From a virus: a DNA stretch of 64,000 nucleotides. How positions within the stretch are numbered: the first letter of the stretch is position 1; the number at the start of each line of letters is the position of its first letter. Where the stretch lies: IMG/VR virus record IMGVR_UViG_3300025133_009393. One strand, 5' to 3'. The translations under genes were made by a program, and so were the position numbers. Positions 43,018 through 52,678 of the stretch are shown in pieces. The notes under the pieces are model-generated. The model saw only the letters and a program-made list of their open reading frames with translations, did no database searches and had not been told where the DNA came from.

Positions 43018-46000
43018 TTACTTAGGACCCATATAGTGTGGAGAATTTGGATCTTGAGAGGGCGGAAGTTGTTGGGCAATAGAAGGAGGGGGCGTTGAAG
43101 CCGGCTGGGCGTTGCCGGCGGTGGCGAAGGCGAGGCCCAAATCTTTTGCAGAAGCGTTGAACTCGGCCGTCGTCTTTGCGACGGCGGCCTCATCAGCTAA
43201 TTTCTGTTTGTGGGCTTCCGGAATAGAACTCTTATCTCCGCGGGCGAGGGCCATGGCCTTGGCCGCCTGCCGGCCCTCAGCAGTTCTTGGATCAACATTC
43301 GCCTCGACACCCTGTTCTACTACTGATCCTCTGCTGGCCGTAAGACGCTTAGGTCTTTTTATTTTCGAGCCTCCTCGGCCGCCAATAATGCCATCATTAA
43401 TGCCCTCCAGGCGCGTCTCAAATCGGCCTGGCTCAATTATATTCTCAACCTTTGTGATAAAGACATAGCCAGCCATTCCTAATTTCATGGTTAAAGAGTT
43501 TCTCCTCGCCGGGCCTCCGCCGGCAACGCGAGGGTGAATATAAGCATATTGGCCAGGCCTGAACATAGTTGATCCAATCGATTTTATGCTAACTTTATAT
43601 TGTTCTCTAAGCTGTGCGCTAATAGGGTCAATTCCCTCCATTTCAGATCTGGCCTCTTTCACGTAAGGTTGATCAGTTTTTTCATAAGATATGGATTTCA
43701 ATAATCCGCGATCTGCACCGATAAAAAAGTGATATATACCAGAAACTGAATCTCTTTTAACATTTCCCGTCAACCCTGGAGATGGGGCATTGTGAGCATA
43801 AATAAAATTATAAGAAAACAAACGCCCAGCTCCGGTAGTAGTGGCTACATGAATATTGGGATGCTTACCGATTTTTGATATACTATTTATCCTCCTGTTA
43901 CGAGGCACCCTGTCCCTATTTAATTTTTTACCTTCGCCCGGGCCTTCTAAGTAACTTACATGTAGTTTTGGCTTTGTGGGGTACCCCATAAAACAAGAAG
44001 GACTGAGGGCGGAAAGAACTAGATCGTTAATAACGTCTTTTATGAAGAGATCGATTGGCCATGTCTCTCTTTGTGGCTTGATCGCTTTATTGTTGTACCA
44101 CTGTAAAAATAAGATTAGTGATACCGGAACATCTGCTAAATTAAATGCGCGAACGGCACCTGTTAGCGGATCAATAAAACTAACCTCACCTAACAAATAG
44201 CGAAGTGTGGCGGACGCAGGCTTTTCTTGGCCTAGAGTATTACCTAGCAAACTGAAAGCAACTTCTAACAAATCGCCTAGAAAAAAGAAATTAATTCTAT
44301 ATTGCCCTGCTGGTTTTCCTGCCTGCAATATTGTCTGTGCCGAATCAACATTCGCGTTCAACGCATCTTCGCGACCCTTGTCGGTTTCGGCTTCCTTTTC
44401 CGGAATTCCTCCACTGGCGTTCTGCATGGCCTTCGCAACGTTACCGGCGGCCGTGCCGGCTTGTCCAGCTGTGGCTTGAAGATTTCCTCCTCCCGGATTT
44501 GCTTTTTGAATTATAATATTTTGTGGTCGTGTTCTAGGGGGTGATTTTTCCTTTCCTTTTGTCTTAGCTAAACCATACTTTCTTAGCATAGCAGATTGCT
44601 TTCTAGAGTTTTGGCCCTTTACCATCAAGCCTATATCTTCTGCTGTGACATCAATATAACGCATCGTACCCTTTTCATACAGCCTCTTTAGCAAAAGCTG
44701 ATATCTCGATGATTTTTGGTCGGATACAAATTTGTCCATGTCTTCTTCTAACCGTTCTACCTCCTCCATGTCGCGGGCAGCTTTGGTACTTAAACTAACA
44801 TTATCTTTACCTTGAACGCTTTCTGATCCGAGCGCGTCCAGAGCGTAGTCCTGCGCGCGTTCGAGGCCTTGGCCGATTTTATTCAGAAAGCCCTCGGTTT
44901 GCTCGGCGCGTGTTGTCGATTTCTCCGCTTTTGTGCGAGCTTTTTTTAATACCGCTCTCTTCTTTTCGACCGCTTTCTTGAAACTCTTGCCTAGATTAAA
45001 AATATCTGAATTTACATGACTTGTGTACGCCTCGATGATTCCTTGAAATTCAATTTCAACAGTACCAGAGCCATCCTCTTTAAAATTGAAGGCATGCTTT
45101 CGTAAAATCAACTGCATTGTAGTACTCTGCGATCTTAAAAAAGATTTCAGGGCAGCGCTGGCCATATCGTCGTCCTGTGTTGGTACCGACCAGCCGACAA
45201 GCACCTTGATTTCGAAAGCAGAAGGATCCCACTCATCCAGAGCCATTCCATATGGAGTTTTTACTTTTCTTACTCTGCCTCCAGGCTGATAAAGCAGCAT
45301 ATCCATAACCGTAGCATACTTTTTTCTGTCCAGGTCGGAAGGTTGTAAATCTTCTAAGTTGCGAAAAGACAAAACCAACTTGGCTTCAATATTTCTATCC
45401 ACTTCTACATCAGATCTACCAATAAAGCTCCAAACAAAACTTTTTATGCCAACGCCATCGTGGCGTCCCTTTGCGTTTGAAAAATATTCATCAATGCTTT
45501 TCTTTTTGGTATGATCTGAGAAAAGAATTTCTTTTGTTCTACCATATCTACTTTTTACGTAATCGACTTTAAAAAATCTAAGCTGCGGGTGTGAGCCTGC
45601 CACCTCAAACGGCTGTAAGTCTACAAAAGGCTGTATTTCTTCTGTCGTAGATATTCTAGTAACGACTCTCGAAGGATCTGCGGAAATACAAGTAAAGTAT
45701 TTCCCATAAGGAGTGTACATATTGGTAGGAACTATCTTCTCGTAATTATCGATCAGGAAACATTGCTCTTGAAAGCGCTGCTCAAGTCGGGCTTGTTCGC
45801 TATCTTTTATATATTTAGTTGTTTCTTCACCGGCAGCATTTGTTTCTGTGGTTTGATCTGATTTATCAGATTTATCTTTTTCTTCTATGGCGGCATCGAG
45901 GCCATTGACAGCATCTTTGAATGCTGGTATGCCGTTGCCGTCTCCTCCTGGGGGGCCCTTGGAAATATATGTTTCTAAGGGCAGGCCGGCCGCGTCGGCG

Positions 46001-46284
46001 AGGGGGCGACCGGACGCGTCAACGCTACCAACGGCGACATAAGTTCCAGAGGCGCCCGACTTGCGGATCGCTTCTTTGACTGCCTTCCGCATCACTTCTT
46101 TGTTTAAATGCTGCGCGCGGGCTTCGCCCTCACCTTGGCCGACGATCCCTTCAGAATATTTATCATAATTCTGAATCGCTAGTTTATTAGCTTCTTGGGT
46201 TATTTCCCCGATTGGAATCTGACTGGGTGGTGTTCCAGTTGTTTTTGAAGCTGAAGGCTCAATATATGTAAATTCTCTTGTCAT
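43018..46284 (-). CDS. probable baseplate hub protein
   Basis: Position after the LysM-like wedge gene; C-terminal G...FRPGQY.YI...GY..ITKV...I..GRFET pattern. Confidence 0.6.
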   Translation of the reverse strand: MTREFTYIEPSASKTTGTPPSQIPIGEITQEANKLAIQNYDKYSEGIVGQGEGEARAQHLNKEVMRKAVKEAIRKSGASGTYVAVGSVDASGRPLADAAGLPLETYISKGPPGGDGNGIPAFKDAVNGLDAAIEEKDKSDKSDQTTETNAAGEETTKYIKDSEQARLEQRFQEQCFLIDNYEKIVPTNMYTPYGKYFTCISADPSRVVTRISTTEEIQPFVDLQPFEVAGSHPQLRFFKVDYVKSRYGRTKEILFSDHTKKKSIDEYFSNAKGRHDGVGIKSFVWSFIGRSDVEVDRNIEAKLVLSFRNLEDLQPSDLDRKKYATVMDMLLYQPGGRVRKVKTPYGMALDEWDPSAFEIKVLVGWSVPTQDDDMASAALKSFLRSQSTTMQLILRKHAFNFKEDGSGTVEIEFQGIIEAYTSHVNSDIFNLGKSFKKAVEKKRAVLKKARTKAEKSTTRAEQTEGFLNKIGQGLERAQDYALDALGSESVQGKDNVSLSTKAARDMEEVERLEEDMDKFVSDQKSSRYQLLLKRLYEKGTMRYIDVTAEDIGLMVKGQNSRKQSAMLRKYGLAKTKGKEKSPPRTRPQNIIIQKANPGGGNLQATAGQAGTAAGNVAKAMQNASGGIPEKEAETDKGREDALNANVDSAQTILQAGKPAGQYRINFFFLGDLLEVAFSLLGNTLGQEKPASATLRYLLGEVSFIDPLTGAVRAFNLADVPVSLILFLQWYNNKAIKPQRETWPIDLFIKDVINDLVLSALSPSCFMGYPTKPKLHVSYLEGPGEGKKLNRDRVPRNRRINSISKIGKHPNIHVATTTGAGRLFSYNFIYAHNAPSPGLTGNVKRDSVSGIYHFFIGADRGLLKSISYEKTDQPYVKEARSEMEGIDPISAQLREQYKVSIKSIGSTMFRPGQYAYIHPRVAGGGPARRNSLTMKLGMAGYVFITKVENIIEPGRFETRLEGINDGIIGGRGGSKIKRPKRLTASRGSVVEQGVEANVDPRTAEGRQAAKAMALARGDKSSIPEAHKQKLADEAAVAKTTAEFNASAKDLGLAFATAGNAQPASTPPPSIAQQLPPSQDPNSPHYMGPK

Positions 46285-46318
46285 GGCATTTTTCCTTTGT
46301 TAACCATATCTTAATCGT

Positions 46319-46657
46319 CTATAGTTGTATGGTCTCCAAAAAAACTTCCAATTCAAGTGGTATTAAAATTTCGTCGCCGAACTCTAAATGCGCCTCAGTT
46401 GGAGCTTGATTTAGCCAGGCAATAACCCACCACAACTTTGGATCTCCATAGTGATAGTGCGCCAATTTAAAATATCTATCGCCCTGTTTCCACACATGCG
46501 TCAAGGTAGCCATATCTGCCACCTCCTCTACAGTAGGATGTCTTAGTTCCGGCGTAGAATAATGCCTGATGTATGGCACTCCTCTCTTGCGAAAATGCTC
46601 TTTATACATTCTCTCGCTATTTAAAACCTCATCTTGTAATACATATCTAGAAGTCAT
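46319..46657 (-). CDS. baseplate wedge LysM-like protein (gp53/tail X-like)
   Basis: GDRYFKLAHYHYGDPKLWWVIAWLN motif. Confidence 0.8.
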   Translation of the reverse strand: MTSRYVLQDEVLNSERMYKEHFRKRGVPYIRHYSTPELRHPTVEEVADMATLTHVWKQGDRYFKLAHYHYGDPKLWWVIAWLNQAPTEAHLEFGDEILIPLELEVFLETIQL

Positions 46658-47676
46658 TATTTCGTTTCCCTCGTGCCGCCCTGATCAGAGCCAAAAACTT
46701 TCTTTTGCATTTTCTTTAGCAAACTGACAGATTTCTTATGTCGCCTTTTTTCTCTCTTTGACTTGTTGGCTCCCTTGCTATGTTTTTCTTTATATTTTCG
46801 CTCTTTTTCTGGCTGGCTTTCCTTACGAGCAAGGTCTGATCTAGCGGACGATCTGGAAGATTTTCTACCAGGAATAACTTCTTCACCAGATTCGGAGCCT
46901 TTATGAGCTGGATTGCCATCGAATTCTTCTTTCCCAGAGGTTGTGTCTCTAATAGCCTGCGCGTTACGAGCTTCAGAGGCTGAGTCGACAGCAGCATATC
47001 TTTGAGTTGGGCTAGTTGGTGCCGGGACCGAGTTATTTAAATTGTATGGAAACCTATTCATGCCCTCTTCAAGATTGCCTTTCGAATCACTTCTGGTCTG
47101 CCTTCCCGACCACCCCAGGCTATGTTGATGTATCACGGCAAAATCGCAACTAAGCTCAATCAGTTTTGGATAAAGCATTTGGTTGCCACCCTCATCTCCC
47201 AAGACAAATCCTGGATCTAATACTGGATTAATTTGCAGGCCGCTCATCGCACCGGCCAATCCACAATCTGCTGCGGAACCGCCGGAAATACCAGCAGAAG
47301 TATCGACTATTAAATTTGCAAATTTGATTTTTATTATCGGAGTGCCTTTAATTGCAGCTGCATTGCCTCGGGATCGCTCATAAGCAGGGTATAGCATAGA
47401 GGCCAAAAGAGAACATCTGCGCAAATTCTCTCTTGCCTCCTCTGCAGAGTAAGCAGGTATCTGCCAAGCAAGCGACATCCTTCTTTTTGTACCCTGATAG
47501 ATTTGAAATGGATCCATGCGTCCGTATACCGCCTCCTCGTTATATGTACTCTGAAACGAATCAGTCATACCGGTTAAAAAAGCCTTAAAGGCAACGCGAG
47601 TGGTCGAAGGAACATGATAAAAGTCTAGTACTGTGCCACCTCCGCGCTTATAATATGAATTTGATGCATCAGCCAC
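46657..47676 (-). CDS. tail tube initiator/baseplate protein with basic C-terminal tail
   Basis: F.AFLT...D......VYGRMDP...Y.GT.R motif; follows the tape measure gene. Confidence 0.65.
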   Translation of the reverse strand: MADASNSYYKRGGGTVLDFYHVPSTTRVAFKAFLTGMTDSFQSTYNEEAVYGRMDPFQIYQGTKRRMSLAWQIPAYSAEEARENLRRCSLLASMLYPAYERSRGNAAAIKGTPIIKIKFANLIVDTSAGISGGSAADCGLAGAMSGLQINPVLDPGFVLGDEGGNQMLYPKLIELSCDFAVIHQHSLGWSGRQTRSDSKGNLEEGMNRFPYNLNNSVPAPTSPTQRYAAVDSASEARNAQAIRDTTSGKEEFDGNPAHKGSESGEEVIPGRKSSRSSARSDLARKESQPEKERKYKEKHSKGANKSKREKRRHKKSVSLLKKMQKKVFGSDQGGTRETK

Positions 47677-47695
47677 TTATAATTTCCTCTTTCAA

Positions 47696-50482
47696 CTAGG
47701 CTCCGGAGGCCTGCTTGACAGCTTTTTTAACCAAGGGAACGAAATCATGCTCTCCTATTTGTAAGTAGAACGTATACTCGTTTTTGCCAATACCTGCTTG
47801 GCCGCGGCCAGTTGTTGTTCCAGGAGCTGCAGCCGTCGTAAGGGCACCAGGGCGGTTGGGGCCCTCGGCAGCTGACATCGCTCCTGGCGCAAACTTAGTT
47901 GCCATAGCTGGAGATGTTATTTTTTCAGCTGCAAATCCAAATTTTTCAGTGGCATTTGCAAATTCAATATAAGTATTGATCTTTTTACCTTCCATACCTT
48001 CAGCCAAGCTAGCCAATTCAGTGACATGTTCTTTCATATTAGCCAAGTTTACGCCGCCGGCTTTTGCGATCTTGCCTAGTCCGCCAAACATTTCTCCCAG
48101 AGCAGCCACACCGTTATTATCAAACGTTTTCATAGCTAGGCCAATCATGGCAATACCAGCTGCCATTGCTGCGAAGCCGCCAAGAGCAAGATACGCGACG
48201 ATGGCCATCTTTGCAGCTGTGAAAGCAAGAATTGCCATACCAGCTGACATTGCTAGCATGCCCAAGCCAGCTTCAATTGCGTTGTTACCTAGCATTGTAA
48301 AACCTAGAGCTATTAAATAGATACTACCACCGATCATTAACATCGCAGCGCCGACGGCCAACAAGGGCAGCGAAGCAATAGCGCCGGCTTTGGCCACAAA
48401 CAGCATGCCTATGGCCAGCGCACCCATTGCCCCAATCAGACCAAAAATTACTGGAATGGCGGCTCCGGCGCCTTTGTCAAATTGTTGAAAAGCGCTGGCA
48501 AGAGTAAAGAATGCCTCTGCAACCAAATATACAGCAGCGCCGAAGCCGGCTAACGCAACACCAACAGCAGCAATTGTTGCCGCCTTGCCCAACATGGCTG
48601 CATTTTTAGCAGCTCCAGCAGCTCCAGCTACGCCGCCGGCTGTTTGTGCAGCATTAAGCTCAGTCTGCGCGACGACTTCTGCCTGTATCAATCCAATTCG
48701 TGTATTTCTTGCAGCTACATCGGTTGCATCATCAACTTTTCTTTCAGTGGCGGCCGCCATGCGCGCAATATTCTTGACCATGTCGGCGGCTGTTTCGGCG
48801 GCTGTGAGGGCGAGGCCTCTTTTTTTCCACAGCACTATCCCTCGCCACACGACGGCCATGAAGACCAAACTAGGCACCAACCCGCCGGAGAGCATATCAT
48901 TGAGTTTTGAAAATCCTACAAGAAGGTCGCGGGCCTTCTCGACGATTGGCTGAAGGTCGGCAGCAAAATTTTGCAAGATAACTTGTCCCATTTTAAATGT
49001 ATCCATAGCCTTCGAGGCCTGCTCTTCCATTCGTTTTGTCGAAGCAGCATTTAAGTTTTGTTTAGATATCATGTCATCATAACCAGACAAGCCCTGCTTA
49101 AGCATTGTTTGCGCCAAAGCCATATCCTTGATACCGGCAGCTGCCGCAAAAGCTTTAGGTCCAAATTTCGTTGCCAACAATTCAGCCTGCATGCCTGAAG
49201 CTTCAATTGATTCCAGGGTCATTCTTATTCTTTCTTCTTCGCTAGCTTGCATCATTTCAACAGTGCCTATATACTGGCCGCCTAAGAGCGCATTCATTCT
49301 AGCAGCTGCTGTGGCGGCGCCTTCAAATTGATCAAATTGAGATGTAAAGTCTAGCTGCGCACCTACTGTAGTTTTCAACGCAACAGCAGAAGCCGATATT
49401 TTGCCAAAAACTTCCATCATTTGATCGCCATAATGAGCCAGCTGGCTAGCAGCCTGAGCGAAATCTTCTTGTATTGCTTTGGCTGATTTTCCAATACTGT
49501 CTGCCAATCCGTATAACTGTTTTGTTAGTTTTTCAGCTTGTGGGCCTGTTTTTCCTAGGGCACCCATCATAAAATTGATGTTCTTTGATGCAATGCCGGC
49601 ATCAACACCCGATTTTTCTATGACGGCGACCAAATTTGACATTGAGTCTTGTGCCTCTTTCGCCATAAAGCGAAATCCACCAATAGTAGAATCCAATGCC
49701 GCATAAGCAGCTGCCGATTCCTGCACGGAAATTCCATTCCTCTGGTTAGAGAAGGCCATTCGTCGTATTTGCTCATCATACTGGCCGCCCGAAGAAGTTG
49801 CTTTTTCAAATCCAGCAATTGCAGTTGCATTTGTCACCATAAGCGACAATGTCGCTTCTTGTAACTTCATTGCAGCTGAGCCGGCAATATTATCCATATT
49901 GAACTGTACTCTCAAGCTCTTGCCGACTTCTTTAATTGTCTGTCCAAATGAAGCAGTACCGGTTTTGGCAACTAGAAAGCTGCCTACCAGTGTTCCCTTC
50001 CAAGATTCAGTAACCGTTGCCAGTTCGCCGACAGCATCAGCTATTTTTTCAGCTTGGCTAACCAGCGCTGCTTTTGCTCTAATCTGCTCATGGTGGAGCG
50101 CGATTTGTTTTTGGAGATTTTCCAGTTGTTGGTCGTCAAGTGCTAGAATCTCACTCATCATATTGCGTTGTTCAATGAGCGCTGCGCGCTCGGTTGAACT
50201 CAACTTGGCCATCTCTTCTGCATTTTGCTGTAATTTGTTTATGCTTTTCAGCTCGACGGCAGCTTTTTCTTTGACGGTTTCGAGGTCGCCTTCTACGAGA
50301 CTATGCATTTTCTCTGCATTTTCAACCAAACTTTGAAGAGTTTCTAATTCAGCTTGGCGGCCTAGAAATATTTCGCCTTGCATTTCTCGCAAACGAACAT
50401 TAGCATCAGCAAGAGTTCTTGTACTCTCTACTTGCTGGGCTAGTAAATCTGCCTTTAGTTGTTCAACTGTTTCGTCGGCCAT
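47696..50482 (-). CDS. tape measure protein
   Basis: Long Ala/Gly-rich helical protein with hydrophobic segments, downstream of tube and chaperone. Confidence 0.8.
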   Translation of the reverse strand: MADETVEQLKADLLAQQVESTRTLADANVRLREMQGEIFLGRQAELETLQSLVENAEKMHSLVEGDLETVKEKAAVELKSINKLQQNAEEMAKLSSTERAALIEQRNMMSEILALDDQQLENLQKQIALHHEQIRAKAALVSQAEKIADAVGELATVTESWKGTLVGSFLVAKTGTASFGQTIKEVGKSLRVQFNMDNIAGSAAMKLQEATLSLMVTNATAIAGFEKATSSGGQYDEQIRRMAFSNQRNGISVQESAAAYAALDSTIGGFRFMAKEAQDSMSNLVAVIEKSGVDAGIASKNINFMMGALGKTGPQAEKLTKQLYGLADSIGKSAKAIQEDFAQAASQLAHYGDQMMEVFGKISASAVALKTTVGAQLDFTSQFDQFEGAATAAARMNALLGGQYIGTVEMMQASEEERIRMTLESIEASGMQAELLATKFGPKAFAAAAGIKDMALAQTMLKQGLSGYDDMISKQNLNAASTKRMEEQASKAMDTFKMGQVILQNFAADLQPIVEKARDLLVGFSKLNDMLSGGLVPSLVFMAVVWRGIVLWKKRGLALTAAETAADMVKNIARMAAATERKVDDATDVAARNTRIGLIQAEVVAQTELNAAQTAGGVAGAAGAAKNAAMLGKAATIAAVGVALAGFGAAVYLVAEAFFTLASAFQQFDKGAGAAIPVIFGLIGAMGALAIGMLFVAKAGAIASLPLLAVGAAMLMIGGSIYLIALGFTMLGNNAIEAGLGMLAMSAGMAILAFTAAKMAIVAYLALGGFAAMAAGIAMIGLAMKTFDNNGVAALGEMFGGLGKIAKAGGVNLANMKEHVTELASLAEGMEGKKINTYIEFANATEKFGFAAEKITSPAMATKFAPGAMSAAEGPNRPGALTTAAAPGTTTGRGQAGIGKNEYTFYLQIGEHDFVPLVKKAVKQASGA

Positions 50483-50495
50483 AGAAGTTTAAATC

Positions 50496-50840
50496 CTATT
50501 CAAATGGCCATTTAAGACCAGTCTTTCTTTCAAATTTGCGCGTAGCTTGATCAAGCTTAGCTTTGCTCTTATAAGTTTTTGCATCGTTTAAACCAAATTC
50601 AGAAACTGCATCTAAATATTTTTTCTCTCCTACCAGCGCGGTGCTAAAAGCCTGAACCTGGGAAGGGGTACCTTTGATTCGAACGTTGGAAGGGATTCCA
50701 GCTTCTCTCCAAAACATTCTTCGAAGAATATGCTTAATTCCGTATCCCAACAATCCTAAAAAGCTCTCGTTTACTTCGCCTCTGCTTTTTGCATTTAAAT
50801 CAATTACGATTGGGGCAAAATTATCTTCTTTAATATCCAT
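50496..50840 (-). CDS. late hypothetical protein
   Basis: 114-aa ORF ending FERKTGLKWPF; CTATTTA upstream. Confidence 0.65.
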   Translation of the reverse strand: MDIKEDNFAPIVIDLNAKSRGEVNESFLGLLGYGIKHILRRMFWREAGIPSNVRIKGTPSQVQAFSTALVGEKKYLDAVSEFGLNDAKTYKSKAKLDQATRKFERKTGLKWPFE

Positions 50841-50884
50841 AAAATGTCTCCAACTCTTATAGAATAAATAGTTGTTTATAAAAT

Positions 50885-50911
50885 AAAAGACCAGACATAA
50901 GCCTGGCCTTT
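50885..50911 (-). terminator. intrinsic terminator
   Basis: AAAGGCCAGGC/GTCTGGTCTTT stem plus a T run. Confidence 0.65.
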
Positions 50912-51101
50912 ATCTTCTTGCCTTTGAGGCCGCTTCTTCATGAGCCTCTTTTTCCATCTCAAATTGCTTTTGCAATCTTTGTACATACCACATTCGAATT
51001 ATAGTTGGCAAGTTATATGCTTCCAAGAAACCCCATCCACCATGGTATTTCAATAAAAACAATTGCTCATATACATTCTGAATATAATCACTACTTAGGC
51101 C
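50910..51101 (-). CDS. probable frameshift extension of the tail assembly chaperone
   Basis: 63 open codons GLSSDYIQNVYEQLFLLKYHGGWGFLEAYNLP...; no RBS or ATG at its start; begins at a T7 run. Confidence 0.65.
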   Translation of the reverse strand, partial: GLSSDYIQNVYEQLFLLKYHGGWGFLEAYNLPTIIRMWYVQRLQKQFEMEKEAHEEAASKARR

Positions 51102-51957
51102 AAAAAAAGTCCGAGGTAAACGGCACCTCCATGTCTTTCTCGTAGAAGCACGTCGAACACGTGAACGGTTGCGTCAAGTCAACCGTTGGAATACTTTTAG
51201 CATATTCTTTTCTTAGAAATCTTGAATCCATCGCCGGCATATTGTCAACGAAGTCATTAATAAAATGCTGATTTGTATTCTCATTAATTGAAGTAATAAT
51301 CATCTTCAATTGGTTAGTAAGCAAAGACGAAACTTTCTCAGTATTCTTGTTTCTAATATTGCTTTTGTTAATTAGCTGATTTTCTTCCTTGCCTGTTAAC
51401 ATGCGCACTGAAACTGTTGCGTTTGTTCTGGGCAATTGCACTTCAACGAAGCCTTCCTCGTTTATTTCTATTCCCTGTTCTGATAGGGCATCTGCCGTAA
51501 CTACTTTTGCATCTTCAAGATCAAACTCGTGATCTTGCGAAGACCCGCATGCAGGACAAGAAACCTTTGTTTGATATTGCGGACCATAGCCAGTCACTCT
51601 GGCGCGAATAACAAGCGCATTCTTATCACACACCAGCATATCATTTACTTTCACTCTCTTGTCAAGCACTATATTTTGTAGAAATCTATCTAAAGCAATT
51701 CCTTTTCGCAATAAAGCCTGTGAAGTTAATATATCCTCATCTTTAGCTGTCATGAATCGAATTTCTAAGCTATCTTGGCCGGCCAAAGGATGGCCCTCTG
51801 GATAAAATTTACCCTGAGATGGCAAATCAACAAACTCTGTTGGAGCTGGCATCTGAAAAGATGCCGGTTGATTCTCTTGCTTAAGAAGATCGGGCATGGG
51901 AAGATCGGACGGGGTGTTCAGTGCGCCCGTGCGTTCTTCATTATTTCTCGCACCCAT
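51091..51957 (-). CDS. tail assembly chaperone/baseplate hub assembly protein (T4 gp26-like)
   Basis: VDLPSQG..Y, MTAKDEDIL, two CxxC pairs and terminal FFWP; lies between tube and TMP. Confidence 0.78.
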   Translation of the reverse strand: MGARNNEERTGALNTPSDLPMPDLLKQENQPASFQMPAPTEFVDLPSQGKFYPEGHPLAGQDSLEIRFMTAKDEDILTSQALLRKGIALDRFLQNIVLDKRVKVNDMLVCDKNALVIRARVTGYGPQYQTKVSCPACGSSQDHEFDLEDAKVVTADALSEQGIEINEEGFVEVQLPRTNATVSVRMLTGKEENQLINKSNIRNKNTEKVSSLLTNQLKMIITSINENTNQHFINDFVDNMPAMDSRFLRKEYAKSIPTVDLTQPFTCSTCFYEKDMEVPFTSDFFWPK

Positions 51958-52035
51958 TTTTACCTCTTTTGTCTTTTTCTAATATACAATATTTTAATAA
52001 AACTTTAAAGTCTTTTAAAATAATTATTGAAAATC

Positions 52036-52617
52036 TTACCTGGGAGTTTTGTCTCCCGCGGTGTTGACCGCCCAGTCATAACGGAAAGTAACATCTAGAG
52101 AAACCATTCCGTCTCCGGAATAATCTAGATCTCCCCACTTTATGTCGGTAGGCCAAGCATTCTGAAGCCACCAACTTTCTGAAGTCTCAGTGTTGGGGCT
52201 GCGTTCGGAAGACGGGCCACCCTTGGAGGTCAAAGTTTTAATCTGAATCATGTTAAATGCACTAGTAGCGTCTGCTTTTGTGATGGTTCTCTCTGTGACC
52301 AGTTGAGCATTAGTCGGTATGACATATCCCATGTTAAGAAGTGACTCATAAAGACCGCGAGTCATATCGTTTTGGCCGCCTGGGTCAACAAACGATATCG
52401 TAACCGGCTCCCACTCCGCAACACCTGGATAATAAAAAGTATGATTTAAATATTTATGTGGAGTCTCCCCAATCTTTACGCCCGGTCGGGAGGCTTTGGT
52501 AGCATAAAATTGTCCATTGCCGGGGAGGCCTGGAATCATGACGATAAATTTATATTGTCTCTTTGGCTCTACGTGGGCTTGCGCCCAGAAGAAGCTATTT
52601 CCTGGTTTTCCTGCCAT
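52036..52617 (-). CDS. tail tube protein (gp19-like)
   Basis: EPKRQYKF, WWLQNAWP...WGDLDY and VTFRYDWA; follows the sheath gene. Confidence 0.88.
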   Translation of the reverse strand: MAGKPGNSFFWAQAHVEPKRQYKFIVMIPGLPGNGQFYATKASRPGVKIGETPHKYLNHTFYYPGVAEWEPVTISFVDPGGQNDMTRGLYESLLNMGYVIPTNAQLVTERTITKADATSAFNMIQIKTLTSKGGPSSERSPNTETSESWWLQNAWPTDIKWGDLDYSGDGMVSLDVTFRYDWAVNTAGDKTPR

Positions 52618-52678
52618 TTTCTACTACCCTCCAAAGGTGTTTCTATAATTAACTAGTTCTCTCCACTGTTTTTTTATT

